Positions 48,430 to 62,167 of a stretch of 64,000 nucleotides of DNA are shown in pieces. Source of the DNA: Podarcis bocagei. Lineage: Eukaryota. Numbering within the stretch: position 1 is the first letter of the stretch; each line of letters starts with the position of its first letter. The stretch lies in assembly GCA_964188305.1 (NCBI GenBank), contig OZ076887.1. One strand, given 5' to 3'. The notes under the pieces were generated by a model. That model had not been told where the DNA came from and made no database searches. It was given only the letters and a program-made list of their open reading frames with translations. Made by a program: the position numbers and the translations under genes.

Positions 48430-48563
48430 CAGGGCTTTTTCAGCTGGAACTCACTGGAACTCGGCTCTGGCACCCATCAGGTGGGCACCAATGCCATTCT
48501 AAGGGAACAAGGGAGGTGTCCATGGTGAGTCCCAGCGCCTCTTTTTCTAGAAAAATAGCACTG
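48430..48563. mobile_element. hAT-type MITE
   Basis: CAGGGCTTTTT...AAATAGCACTG termini, perfect 8-bp TSD ATCAAGAT. Confidence 0.85.
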
Positions 48564-50810
48564 ATCAAGATGACCTTTTGAAAAGCATATCTAATACAGG
48601 AAGAGGATGAGAGAAGAGATCCCAAAGATTTGAGCATTACAGAAGCACATTGTAAGGATCAATATATTTGCTGTTGCTTGTCAGATACTTTTAAAGGCAA
48701 ATAGAGAGTTAGCTTATTTTCCAGACAATACAAATCATTATGCAAACAGAGGTTTAGGGGAATGGAGAACACTGGCATAATTGTCTTTGCAGGCATTGTT
48801 GTTACGTGGTGATGAATAAATCACCAGTTCCAATAGCCCTGTTGAACATCTTTTAGTTGTTCAAGCACGTTTACAAATGCTGCAAAGGACCTCATTTATT
48901 TTTCTTCATAAAATGCATGCAATATGTAATGGCTCCATTATTTTTAGAATGTTTGCAAAAACGATTATGCTACAGCCTACCTAGCAAAAGGCTGGTAGGC
49001 CTGACAGGAGCAAACGGAACTTGAGAAGCACTGAAACAATGGGAAATGTTTTAAGAAAGAAAAATTAAGGTGAGTATTTAAACCAAAAAGTGCTTTTTTG
49101 CACTGCCTCTTACAGTTTGGAGAAATAAGCTCACAGCAGTAGAAAAGGACTGCCTTGTACAATGCTAGCTACTCTGTGCTAGGTTTTATGTCTGGGTAAA
49201 TGAGAATGAGGCTATGGGCATGGCAGGGTAGATTTAACTCCTCTCTCCCCCCAACCCCAATGATCCCCAGCTATATTTTTACTGATTTATTTAGATTTAG
49301 CCTAACAGTTTGGGCCAGGCAATAAGGTTAATCATTACCTCAGTTAAATTATTAAACTTTCATCGTGCTGTATTCCTGGCCAGCGAAAGCCATCTTGAAT
49401 ACAAATGTCCTACCTTGCTTCCAAAAGATATGTGAAGTGACTCAAAATGCAGCCATGGGTCACATTCTAAAGCAGGAAAGAGGAAACATGGGTGATATCC
49501 AGTTAAGCAGTTCCGTAAATGCAAGAAGTTCAGGGACTTCCTTCCCCACTGCTTGTGCCCCTCTTCCCAAATCTGCTCTGGAGGTTTCGGGTGGGGGAAA
49601 CCTCAGAACAGGTACACCGGGAGGAGAAGAGAATAAGTTCCACTGTAATCAGAGGTCTTTCCATTGATGAAAGCACTGGCTGGTTGAGGCTGATGGGAGC
49701 TGGAGTCCCAATGGAATCAAGAGAGCCCCATATTCTCTGTACCTGCCCTTAAAGGATTCTGTGAATTGTGGCCTTCAGCTTTGTAGATAATTGTAAGATT
49801 AAGAAGGGACAGAATTGGTAGCCTCATAGAGCAGGCGTTTCTTGTTAAAATGGATCTGCAGTGAAAATAGTGCGAAGAAGGGGAAAACACATTCGTAATA
49901 GCACTCAATAGTAAGTCCACTAGTTACAGCCCTGCCCCTGTGAAAAATTATAACAATTATTTGTAAAGCTTAGCATTTGGACAAAAAAATGAGGTTGTAA
50001 CTTTAAACTGATAAGCAAGGAAAGGCAATCAAAGATGATGAAGCAAAGCAGCGTTCAGCTACATTAGCATGTAGTGGGGCTTTTCCTTAACAGCAGCACT
50101 TCCACCCTGGGTCACATGATTTTCTTGAGAAGCAGGTGAAAAATTATACATTAGCTCCACATACCTGAAAGTACTGTCAATTTACTGTTAAAAGTCACGT
50201 AACATTCACCATAATTTTGTGTCAAACAAGTAATTTGTACATGGGACTATTGGTTAGAGAACTAATGGCATAGCCTTAACACAACTGTTTCTCTTTTTAA
50301 TCAGTTAATAATGCAAAGCAGCTGGTAACAGCAGCAGACCTGCTGCTTTCAAAGTCCACAGAGGCCTGCTTCTTAGCAAAGTGGTAATTGGCAAACTGGC
50401 TGTCAAGGAGAAGGTTTCTAGCCTAAGCTTCTCAGTATGTTAATTTGCTATGTGAGGAGACTGTTTTGGGTGGAAGTGTTCTATGAGAACCACATGTTCA
50501 GCAGTGAAGCCGAGTCCCAGGCAGTAGGTTTTAGAACCCAACTAGGCATGATGAGGCCATCTATTGTGTGTCTGGCCAGTTTGCACATAAAGCAGAAACT
50601 GGGTGAGGGGCTGAGCTAATGAAATGCAGGAGATCAATTATATGCTAAGAATAAAAACAGCCCTGGCTACCTCTCTTCCCCTTAGTCGGTTTCTCCAGAA
50701 CCTTTCCTCTGTTCTCAGCTCTGACACTGGCTCCTTTTATTGTTTAAGACACAACTTCATATTATGATGGGACAGAAATGTGAAAGGAATGCATGTGCAG
50801 CTATCACAGA

Positions 50811-50880
50811 CTAGATTACCTGTGTGGTCCCTTCCAACTCTGTAATTCTATGGTTCTGGAATTGGTTCTATGGTTCCACT
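50811..50880 (+). mobile_element. CR1 LINE 3' tail fragment
   Basis: GGTCCCTTCCAACTCTGTAATTCTATG, typical of the CR1 3' end. Confidence 0.55.
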
Positions 50881-50978
50881 GTTTTGCAACAATACAGAAC
50901 CCTGCGAACATAGATTTTTGTTTACATAGTTACTGAAAGGAAAACAAGTATTTTGCAAGGTATTAAGAATAAAATAGG

Positions 50979-50984
50979 TTTATT
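50979..50984 (-). terminator. LRP11: Candidate LRP11 polyadenylation signal
   Basis: tttatt on the + strand about 1.65 kb downstream of the LRP11 stop. Other candidates lie nearby. Confidence 0.4.
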
Positions 50985-52008
50985 ATCTCTTACTTTACAT
51001 TATCAGGTTGGGACATTGGCAATGTGGAGGTCTGCGGTAGGATTCAAAGTTGTAAGTTCATTAGAATAAGAGAGACATACAGAATCATTGCATGCCTTTT
51101 CTGTATTGATTTGTACCTGGGTCCTCGGATGGGAACTTCTTTGCACAGATGGATAAAGAGGAGGGTTCACACACAAAAGCTGATACACAGACTACAAACT
51201 TTACTGTATAACAAACACTTCCGACAATTCAGTCATACATTGAATTCATCAGACGACGGGATGAGCTTTAAAATTGATGCAACTACTGAAACTTTAACTT
51301 TGCTGTGAGGGTCCAATCAGCAAGAATCTTTCAAGCTCCATGAAAGCAGGCAGCGTTGTATCAATAGCAGCAATGGGATGTGTTGCTAAACATAAGGCCT
51401 AGTCCATATCTGTAGCACAATGAGGTGGCAGAGTCCTGAGCTATTAGCATAGAGTGTACAACTTCAGACTGCTGGGGATGCTATCATCTTTTTGATCTTC
51501 AGTTTAAAGCGGGGGATAATGCTGCTCATTGCCCATGATAAAGAGATTGCTTGAAGGGTGGGAATCCTCACTGTGTTTAGAAAAATAGCATAGCAGAGGC
51601 CAGTCTCCCCTACGGTCCTTCTGCTTGTGCTGCTAGGTTTGTTTTTGTGTAACAACACTAAAACATCTCTCTTCCCTTTTCCACTGTCTGAAGTGATACA
51701 AACCACTCATACCACTTTAAGATCCAAGTACTTCATTTTGCTGCCTGTATAGACCAAGCCTAATGTTTCACCTTGGGAAACTCTGCACTTCAACAGAGTG
51801 GCTTGTAAATAATCCCATGCCTGTGACAAGTAAGAAGCAACCCCAGGCAAGTAGGTGAGTAGAAAAATATGCTTCTATTTGAACCAATCTTGAAGTGATA
51901 ATAGTGCCATGTTATTTTAAAATAAAATACTGGTTTTAAATTAGTAAATAAATATCCTTTCTGTAAAAGGAAGCTAAAGAAAGATCATTTACAGTATGTC
52001 AAAGGAAT

Positions 52009-52084
52009 CTAATTTCTCACCTAAGGCCAGATGCATGACACAACACCTAATTTCTCACCTAAGGCCAGATGTATGACACAACAG
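52009..52084. repeat. 38-bp tandem duplication in the LRP11 3' UTR region
   Basis: CTAATTTCTCACCTAAGGCCAGATG(C/T)ATGACACAACA x2. Confidence 0.9.
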
Positions 52085-52634
52085 GAAATAGATGTGTCTA
52101 GGATCTTATATGACTGCTGTATTCTTCCTGTGCCATCCCTTGGGACATGGGAGTGGTGCAGCAATGTGGATCATCAGCCACCCAGAAACCAATATTCAAA
52201 GTGGTGCTGTAACACTGCATGATGCTTCTTTGCAAAAAAGAACTGAGTGAGTATTATGGATTACAAGGAGAGGGCAGTTCCTGGAGAACATGGCATTTAA
52301 TCCATCGCAGAGCTAACTCCAGCCACATTACCTTAGATATGGCAGTATTTTCATGGGACTGAACCGATACACAACCCAGTAAGATGGAATTTGCCTTATT
52401 GACAAGCACAGGATAGTCCTAGAGCTCTGGCAGAGGGAAGCCAGTCTGTCTGCTGGTGCAGCTACAAACATCTCTACCACTGATGTTAGAAAGAATCTTT
52501 TAGAAGGTGGCTGCTGTGTTTTCTCTTTAAACATGAGTTTTTACTTTTTTTAAAAAAAGAGGAAAGTGTAATATGCAAGAGGCACACTTTTTTTGAGGAA
52601 AGCTCAAGGAAAGGGAAGTCACCTGAACCCTGCT

Positions 52635-52866
52635 TTAGAGATACATCCCATTTATGAGGTAATCGGATTCCTCAGACATCAGGGGCCGAGCTTTCTTAAG
52701 TTTCTGTCTCACTAACCGAAGTCTGCAAGCTACCATGAGCAGCAGCATAGCAGTGATGGCCAGCCCAAGAGCCAGAGGGAGGACAGCACCTTTGAAAGGG
52801 AAAAAAAGGAGCAGTTAAACAATGTTAACACTGGAACTAATCAAGAATGTGCTATATAAAGCCAAA

Positions 52867-52919
<53 letters not shown>

Positions 52920-55900
52920 TCACCAGCATGTTAGTGTACATTTCTTCTAATACATACATTTTTGTATGCTGTTTTGCTGAATATACATTTTCCCCCCAAG
53001 CGATTTCCCCCCTAATATTTTTGTACCTTATTTTTCCTAACTAGCATTTTTGGTTTTGCACACTTTCCCCCTAATATACATAATTTTGGGTTGGAGAGAT
53101 GCACCACAAAACTTGGAGAAGTATGAATTTCAAAAGCCATCTGTCTTGTGGTTTGTGTGTTGCTTTGGGAACTGCAAAATACGTAGGTTTGCATTAAAAT
53201 GTGAAATGAACCAAATTATCTTTCATCACTAATGTCAACCCACTTAAAAACATTTGACACCGGCTGCTGTCCCAATTACTAGAAAAGGATTTTCTTAAAA
53301 AGTTAACAGAGGATGCTTGGTTTCCAGTAAAACAATTCCAAGTTTTGCAAGAGTGCCTTGCAGGTATGATGCTTAGTGCCGGGGGGGGGGGGGGTTAAGG
53401 GAAAGGTGCCTTTGAAGAGCCAGGCAGCTAATATGAATTGTAACGGTGCTTTTCTCCCCTTGGGCACAAAAACATAACTTTTGCCTAGTGAAACTGTTTT
53501 AAAACAACCTTGCCATTGAGAGTTTGTAGCAATATTACCAGATGGTTGTCTGTGTCACTTTGATAAACAGGACGCTGTTGACCAGGGGTCAGCAAACTTT
53601 TTCAGCAGGCAGACGGTCCACTGTCCCTCAGACTTTGTGGGGGGCTGGACTATATTTTTTGGGGGGGGAATGAACAAATTCCTATGCCCCACAAATAACC
53701 CAGAGGTGCATTTTAAATAAAAGGACACATTCTACTCATGTAAAAACATGCTGATTCCTGGACCATCTGCGGGCCGGATTTAGAAGGTGATTGTGCCGGA
53801 TCTGGCCCCTGGGCCTTAGTTTGCCTACCCATGCTGTCTACTGTCTGAGCATGCACCTAGATAAAGCTTAGGCCAGTTTTCAACACATTTCTTTTTTATT
53901 TGCCATGGCTGCAAGTTACATCAGAATTTTGACTTTATATCTGATCATGAAAATTGGATCCTCTACTTCTAGGAAAGAAATGTGGTCACATGAAATTTAG
54001 TGCTTAGGGCTATCAACGCTGCAAACAGCTGTACCTGCAAATAGGAAAACAGTGCTGCAGATTTTTCTCTCCTTGCCTTCACTCTGAAAAATATGGGCAC
54101 ACAACCTCCAAGCTGAAGGCTGATCTCCCCCTGTGTTCCTCTCCATTCTGAGCATCCTGCATGTTTAGCTGATCAATCTGCCCCTTTTTTTCTTATAATA
54201 GTAACACTTGCTTTATGCTTTTTGCATACTGGATAAGCTTGCAGGCTTTGGCATGGACACAGTACCCATGAGAACTGTGCAAAGCTGGCATTTGCTGCAA
54301 ACTGGAAGAACAGGTTTTCCCTGAGGTCAATAGGAGGGAGAAGACTGCGTGTCTAAAATGCAGCTCATATGCTTCTGCAGTGTGGTTGTGCAAAAATTAT
54401 GTAAGTCCGTATGCACCCTCACACAGGGGTCATTACCAGGAAATAAGCCCACCATTGCTTTTGTGATTTAAAAAGTTTCTCTTTAAGGTCCAGCTTGTTC
54501 TGCCTTAGGAAACTGTATAGATGGACTTTTCCTTAAACAAATCTTTGTCAGAAAAGAAGTGCACACCATCAATTGTCAACTGCAGTAAGAATACTTTGTG
54601 CTAACCTACATGTCATAGGGATGATATTATAAACCTGGCTCCCATATATTATCTCAGGATCATGATCATGCTGAGTTTTCTGCAGGACATCCTTCTGTCC
54701 TTGGGGAGAAGGACCGCATACCAGAAGCCCAACAGGTCAGGAAACCCATCTATTATTTACAATGAGGGCCAAAGCAGACACTATGTTATCTACATATCTG
54801 TGCAGGGTGGGGGTGGTCTAGTTTTATGAAAAGACAAATTGCTGGCAGTGCTGGATTTAGGGTGGTGTAGACAGTTCCCCCTAACAGAGTGCCAAATCGA
54901 GGGGGTGCAAAATTGAGAAGATCCATTTGGGGGTGCCAAACTGTGGGCTCGCACAGGGTGCCATATTACAAAAGATTCCCAAAGTCTGCCCCCATTGCTG
55001 GAATAGAAGGTCTGATCTGGAGCAGGATCCCACTGTTGGGGATAGGGGAGTTTTAACCCTTCCCCCAACTATGGCCCTGATCTGGATCAGCCCCCCCCCC
55101 CCAATATCTTAAATCTGCATATGACAATAACGGTACTGAAATGAGTGGAAGCTTTCCCCCAACTGCAGGTCAGTATTCCAGATCCAGATTGGGACAACTG
55201 TGAATAAACCACCCTTGCTGACCCAATCCAGGAGATAACCATCATGCAGGGATGTTATTCCTATAGCTTGTGATTACTGGGTGATGCAAGTTGTTAAGAT
55301 TGTATGGTTAAGACATTTTGTTTTGTTTCTATCAGTCCCACTCTGCACATTAATGGGAATTAAAACATTCAGTGACACCTAACTCTCTGAGTTTAAAAAT
55401 ACAGCATTGTAATTACCTGCTTCTGGAACCGGATGGCTCTTTTCGATGGGAGTGCCCTTTAACACCACAATGTTATTTTCATTTTTATAATCTGTGTCTT
55501 TCCCTGAGGTTTTAGAGTCTGTAAATATGGAGCAGGATATAGAGCTATAAGTCATATTCCATATACATAACAAATCATTTGCTTTACAGTCTGCCCTCCC
55601 TTCTATGTTTTTTTCAGTAACTACAGCACATAGAGTGCTATCATCGAGTAGAAGCATAGGGGCTCCTCTTCGGCATCTCTTAACAGGCTGCAGATGCATT
55701 AGGATTGTTCCTGGCTGCCACTGCATATTTCCTGTCTTCTAATAAGAGGATTATTCAAGCAGCTCCTGGGATTTCAAGGGGCTTGCTTATTCTGAGCTAA
55801 AAAAACAAGAGATTTTGCAGTTATGTTGTACTGCAATATTCCCCGCTTCTAAAAAAAAAGGTGACTGATTATTACCATGAGCTTTTACACATTCAGCAAG

Positions 55901-57733
55901 GCAGTCTGATTCTTGAAGGAAGTTGTTTTCATTGCCTTTGCAGCCGCCATAGACGAAATGTATGCAAGTGCCAGAAAAAGCATCAAAATGCCAGCGAGGG
56001 AAATGGCCATTGCAGGGGCCAGCAGCAGGAGGCACCAAGCACAGCTCTGCGATTAAAGCAGGAAAAAGAAACTATAAACATTATGTCTTCTAAAACATCT
56101 AAAAATAAGCCAGGGTTTAGCTTTTCTAAAGTTTGGTACTTATTGCATTAAGTATGTGATTTAATGGTTGTCACTATTTTATAACAATTCAGTTTCTTAA
56201 CTATGAAACTGATTGCTTTTGTTTTTGCTTTAACATGCCTGACTACTTCTGCTCTTTCCACATCAATGGCTAGAACTGTGTCCATCTCACGTTATTAATT
56301 GAATCACAGTAGAAAAGGCAAAAGAGTAATTGGCACGCAAAAGTAATCAGCTACGGAGACCATATGGCACCTATTAGAGCCAGATGCTGGGTGAAATGTG
56401 TGTTGGAATATGCAGCAAAATGCTAAGAGGTATAGGCTCAGGGTCATTTTGACAATCTTTCCCATGTCCAGGATGAAGGTGTATCATGTTACACCAGCCA
56501 AGGAAGACTTTCTACGTAGACCCTGCCACTCTGAATCTTGTGCAACACTATGAGGTTTGATAATTCAGAAATGCGGAATACAGCTCTAAATCTGCACATG
56601 ACACCAAGAGCTATCAGAATTAACCAGGGTGAGAACACTTTCTTACTCATAGCATACACAATGATAAATACCTCCATGATCAGAGATGTGTGTGGGAGGG
56701 AAAACAGTGTTTCTATGATCAGGCTCAGAATTTTTTCAAATTTAATTGAGATCAATGGGCTTTAATTCTGCACCGGAGGGTGGTCTTTATTTTTGCCCAG
56801 GTTAGTCTTGCAAGTACAGGTGCTTAGCAACATAGTGTTGCCTGTATTGGTTATAAGTGCTTAGGAAGAGGCATACTGAGAACTATACTAATGCTGCAAA
56901 ACATGACATCAAACTTGCACTGTGGTGGCAGTGTGCTAATGTCAGAGATATTTAAGGTATATTCATTATACCTGGCATTAACCCAGTAATTTGTTTCTTT
57001 GGTCCTTGAGAGGATGATTTGTTGATCTTGTCTGCACCAGATGCTTGATTGCTTACAGTAGTTTTCTGGGTGATTTCAAATGCAAGTTCCTTGTTGACAT
57101 CGTTAGTTTGTCCAATGCTGTTTTGCTGGATGAAGCTAGTGGCTGGGTGAGTTATTGTCTTTTGTCCTGAAGTAACTGAATAAATTAAAACACAGACATT
57201 GTCTTATGGGGTGTGCGTGTATGTTGTTTAAACACTCAAATAATCAGATGACTGACACTGAGAGTGCACTTTCAAAGGAGCTCACTTGCAATGCTGATCA
57301 GGAGATTGCTGGTGACAGCAAGCCCCATTGAAATTTTCCATCTGCAGGTGTGGTTTGAATTCAAACCCCTCCTGTCAACAGACATTTTTCCTCTGCAAGT
57401 CTGTAGAGGAAGAATGTCCATTTGAAGGTGCATAAGTAAAAGATGCGTGTAAACTCAATGTGCTGTTTACTCACATTTCTGACAAAAAGCTTCATCAGAC
57501 CCATCCAGACACTGCTCTTCTCCATCACAGGCATAGGTGATATCAATGCAGCAACCATCATCACAGAGGAACTGGTAGCGCGAACATACCCCAAAACATT
57601 CTGTAACAAACCAACTCTCAAGTTACATGAAAAGAGAACCACTAAACTGAGTTGTTTAAAACTGGAAATGCTGAAATGGGAGTTACAGAAACTATACATT
57701 ACGAGATTATTATACTGCCCTTCACCAAAAGTG

Positions 57734-57778
<45 letters not shown>

Positions 57779-60700
57779 ATTCTAAAGCCACTTACAAGCC
57801 TCCTTTGGCATTGTGGCATATAAATGAAATAATGATAAAGATAGCAGCAACAACATAATACGTAATAAACAAAAGCATTAAGATAGCTCTTAATGGCACA
57901 CCCTTTCCCCCCTCATCATTAGAGAGTAAGCTCTGTCAATTTCATAATTATGGGCAATATCAACATTGCACAAGTGTAAGTTTGCTTGTGCGATGAGACT
58001 TCTCATTCTCTTCTTCAGTTCACAGTGCTTGACAGATACCATGTGGTTGCAAAAATATTATTTCAACCGTTTTCTCACCTAACATGGAGTGACCCACTGG
58101 AAGTACGGTCACTGAGACATTATCTGAGCTTCTTTGGCCAGCTGTGTCTGTCACGGTCAGCTCCAGCATGTATTTCCCTTCTTGCAAATGAGAGAGCTTC
58201 AGAGTTCCGGGTTGTGGTACCTGTCCCAAAGAAACCAAGGCATTAATTGACCAAGTCCTGCTCCTCACACCCTTGCTATTTTATAGTAACACAGTCAGAA
58301 GCTCGCAGAATGCTACCGAATGAAGCCAACATCCATGCTTTGACACAAGCACAGACCTGAAAGTCTGCCAAGCAGCTGATAAGAATATATATATAGAGAG
58401 AGACTGAAATTGGAAACAGTGAGTAGTGGTAGTGTAAAAACGTAGTAAAGCTTCAGCATATTGGACCAGTGCTCTTTTGGTAGCAAAGAGCACAGGCCCA
58501 GAAAATAAATATTTGACCATAAGAAGTGCAGTGGTATCCTAAGAGTAATATAAAAAAAACAACAGAAAGGTGATCAACCCATTTCAACTTCTTCCTTCTT
58601 AATGAAGATTTCATGCCAACTGCAGGGCTAAATAATAAACCCAAACAGCAGGATTCCATATATGATAATAGTAAACACATATTCATTTCCTTATGCATAA
58701 TATGAGGAAGGAATGTTTGCAAGGCATGTTCATTTAAGGCTAAATGCCCATATTCTTAATATATTTGCAATATATACATACAGATTTCATGCCAACTGCA
58801 GGGCTAAATAATAAACCCAAACAGCAGGATTCCATATATGATAATAGTAAACACATATTCATTTCCTTATGCATAATATGAGGAAGGAATGTTTGCAAGG
58901 CATGTTCATTTAAGGCTAAATGCCCATATTCTTAATATATTTGCAGTATATACATACAGTATATATTGTATATACATACAGTATATATTGTAGTAACCCA
59001 ATTTCCTGACAAATACCAGCTTTGAGAAATGAATATCAACTAAACAGTCTACAGTCTCTAAAACATTTCATTTTGGCTTTTATCTGAATGCACTCTGAAA
59101 AGTTCACATTGTTATTTTTCCAACACCAGGACAAAATTTAGCAAATAATTAACTTGCACTACAAAGTTATAGGTACCTTCATATCAACTGAAGGGGCACC
59201 TTGAAGCAGTCTCCACTCATACTGTATGATTCCATGGTCATCTCTACTTTCTCGGCCATCTAGAATCACCCAGTTAACGGGCAACTGAAGCATAATGTCT
59301 TTCCCTGCCTTGCTGAGAGGTGGCTCATCAGCTTCTAAATAAAAGAAAAGCAATCTGGTTACTAAAAGAAAAGAGAGCACACATCCCTGGCAAGTTTTGA
59401 GTTCTCTTCTGGCACACAAGTACCTTCACAGAAACACACTTGGATGGTGAAGGCACAGCACTGTGAGATGGGAAAGAGAAGGGAGGCAGGCATACTCATT
59501 GGACTGGAAGGAGAGGACTGAGAAGGCCACACAGAGATCCTACTCAGTTTTCATGCAGCCTTCATGGAACTTTTGAGGGCTCTCAATGCCCCTTTCTCTG
59601 GGGAAGCTGCTTCCACAGCCTCCCAAGAGGTGAAAATCCTCACTCTTTAATGGACAAACATAGAAGTCACTTGGTGCTGGTCCCTTGCCAGTCTGAGTAG
59701 AGGTGCAGTTGTTGCTGCAGCTGTTCACTTCTCCTCTTTTCCATTCCCTAGCTCTCTCTGCTAGTGAATGCAATAAACTTGTTGAAGAACAGAAGCAGAG
59801 GCATGGACCTCTCAGTCCAGGCAAGTTTCTCTCCCTGCTTCTTACCAAATTAAAAAGAAAGAAAAGAGATAGCTTGCCTGAGAGTACTCACATTTTTCTC
59901 TAGAACCTAAAGACCTTGGCTCTTACGTCTGAAAACTGGCTGTGGTTCACACCAGTCTTGTGAAAAAAACCACTCTGCTCATCATCAAGGCATTTTTGTC
60001 TTCTCAGCATTAGCATGCTTAAACTGCAACCTTTCATTTACTTGTAAGAGAGCAAATATCTTCTGTAAGTAATGCAAAATGAGTTGCAATAACCTCCTTG
60101 TGCTCTGAAAATGAAGGTAGAAAAGTGCCCTTCCCCAAATGCCCAAAGCTGCATGCATTTGCATGTTTGGAACTGCCAGACATGCGTGTTCATGCCACTT
60201 CACTCATCACAGGATTTCTATGTGCAGAAATCGACAAATTGTGCAAACAAAGATTTTAACATTTGAAGATTCTGCATGAGCAATGTCCCTACATATAAAG
60301 CAGTGATTCACTGCAGATCCCCAGTGTCTGCACATCATGACTGGCGTGTTGATAATGTGTTAATTTCTACATGGAAGTGCCTTGCGCAGAAGCAAGTGAG
60401 TCATGCTTCTGTAAGGGCTGCCGCCAATGACACAGACACTGTGTCATCCTCACCTGAGTGGGCAGAGAGTCTTTGACTGGGAGCTGCTTGACACCAATGC
60501 AAAAGCGCTGCGGCTACGTGTTGAGGAAGGAAATTCATGCATGCCTTTGTGTGTTCATGAAGGACCTTAACAATATATTGGGTGGTATTCAACTAAGTTT
60601 TACTCTGAGTAGACCCACTGAAATGAATGAATATGGCTAAGGTAGGCTCCTTAATTTCAACAGCTCCACTCTGAGTAAACCTTAGTTGAATACCACTGAA

Positions 60701-61158
60701 CTAAATCCTACTTGGCGCAGACCTAGTGAAATCCAAGGACACTTATTTCAATGGGTCTCCTCTAAATATATCTTAGTTCAGGGGTAGCCAAGGTGGTGCC
60801 CACCAGATGTTGTTAGATTCATCAGCCCCAGCCAGCACGAGTGATGGGAGGTGTAGTCCAGCAACATCCAGAGGATGTCATGTTGCTTACCCCTCAGTTG
60901 GATATCACCCACAGAATTGAGAGAGGAGAGGAGAAGTGAGCGACACTTTTGCCACTTTGTCAGCTTTATGTATACTTTTCGAACAAGAGAAGAGGTTGGG
61001 CCGAGAAGGAAATAAAAAATGGAGAAGCCCACTACCTTGCTCGCCACCCACCACTACATAGGCCTGTAATAGGGACACGGAGATGTTGTGAACAGCCCTG
61101 TGATCTGCAGGTGAAGGGTGCAGGTGAAGGGTAACTAACTAACTAACTAAATAATCAG

Positions 61159-61190
<32 letters not shown>

Positions 61191-62167
61191 GGGGGCCCAG
61201 GCAGAAAAAGGGTATGGCACAAAGATGCACTCAGTCTGCCTGAAGCACAGTGGGTGCCTACATAATATATACTGCACAAAGATTCATCTCACTCCATCTA
61301 TGGGGTCACCATAGGAGAAAGAGCTGCCCTCTTTCTGCCCCCCGCCCCAACCGGCCCCTTCGTCTCCGCCGCCGACAGAAGCTCTAGTATGTAAACAAGG
61401 CCACCCTGTAGCGACTGCTATTTCCTTCTTGGTACAAGTCTAAGGTGAGCACCAACAGCCATGGCTCAGTTCCAGGCCTTAAACCGCTCCGTTTCCAAGA
61501 GCCTCCCGGGCCCCCGCAAAGCGCCTCGTCCCCACGCCCCCAACCAAGTGCCGGTCTCAGAGTGCCCATTGAACCAACAAACCCAAAAGGCCCCAAGGCG
61601 GCTGCCGCGGACAGAAGGCCCCTTCTTACCCGGGGCGGACGGGCGGCTGCTGGGCTCCAGGCCGTAGCTGCTGTAGCCGCGCTGCGGGGAAAAGAGGCAG
61701 ACAGCGCGGCCGCGGTAGGTGCAGTTGAAGAGGTAGCAGCGCAGCGCGGCGGGCGACTGCTGCGGCTGCTGCACGACGGCAAGGGTGCATCGGGCTTCGG
61801 CGCAGCAGGCGTCCAGGCACTGCCTGGGCCCTGCCACCGAGCCCGGCGAGTCGAGGAAGGTGGCGCCCGCCGCGATGGAGTCCTTGGTGCGGATGATGGT
61901 GTCGGGCCTGGCCGAGAAGAAGCCCGACGGCCCGCCGTTGCCCCCGCGGCAGCGGCCTGCTGCCACCTCCGCCAGCTCGTTGCCGCCGCCGCCGCCGCCC
62001 GGGGGCTCCTGCTGCAGCAGCTGGCGGCGGAACTCCTCCAGCAGCGACTCGACCCCGGACGCCGCCGCCGGCGACCGGAGCTGCCCCGACGCCCACCCCG
62101 GCAGCGGCAAGAGCAGCAGCGAGAGGAAGAGAGGCAGGCCCGTCGGGCCTGGCACCTGCGCAGCCAT
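52635..62167 (-). CDS. LRP11: Low-density lipoprotein receptor-related protein 11 (signal peptide-MANSC-PKD-LDLa-Kunitz-TM), 531 aa
   Basis: Exons 61630-62167 (signal peptide; [20 protein letters not shown]...CYLFNC), 59177-59334 and 58079-58220 (PKD), 57475-57600 (LDLa [25 protein letters not shown]), 56972-57175, 55876-56046 (Kunitz), 55417-55518, 52635-52789 ([24 protein letters not shown], tail [11 protein letters not shown]). Total 1596 nt in frame. Confidence 0.95.
52869..52919. repeat. (AAT)n microsatellite
   Basis: About 17 perfect units. Confidence 0.95.
53583..53833. mobile_element. hAT-type MITE, copy 2 (same family as 15040-15293)
   Basis: Highly similar sequence. Degenerate TSD CTGTTGAC/CTGTCTAC. 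Confidence 0.88.
55876..56046 (-). CDS. LRP11: Kunitz/BPTI domain exon of LRP11 (171 nt, phase 1-1)
   Basis: [57 protein letters not shown]. Spacing is C-x8-C-x15-C-x7-C-x12-C-x3-C. Boundaries are cgcag| and |gtaata. Confidence 0.9.
57737..57780. repeat. (AAAT)n microsatellite
   Basis: 11 perfect units. Confidence 0.95.
58606..58957. repeat. 176-bp tandem duplication (2 copies) in LRP11 intron 2
   Basis: 58606-58781 and 58782-58957 differ at one position that I can see. A short duplicated TATATACATACAGTATATATTG follows. Confidence 0.95.
60582..60695. repeat. Old palindromic MITE remnant (a related remnant is at about 42879-42957)
   Basis: GTGGTATTCAACTAAG...CTTAGTTGAATACCAC inverted termini. 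AGACCCA(C/T)TGAAAT core shared with the 42.9-kb copy. Confidence 0.65.
60779..60896. mobile_element. Degenerate hAT-type MITE
   Basis: CAGGGGTAGCCAA...TTGCTTACCCCT termini with a quasi-palindromic body. Confidence 0.5.
61133..61190. repeat. Compound (AACT)n/(AATC)n microsatellite
   Basis: Directly visible. Confidence 0.9.

Noticed and set aside
52615-52630. Donor-like CAG|GTGACT just after the LRP11 stop
   Set aside because: No matching acceptor or exon was identified. A chance occurrence is likely.
57361-57819. 152-aa ORF
   Set aside because: It runs through the (AAAT)n microsatellite and crosses the LDLa exon in the wrong frame.
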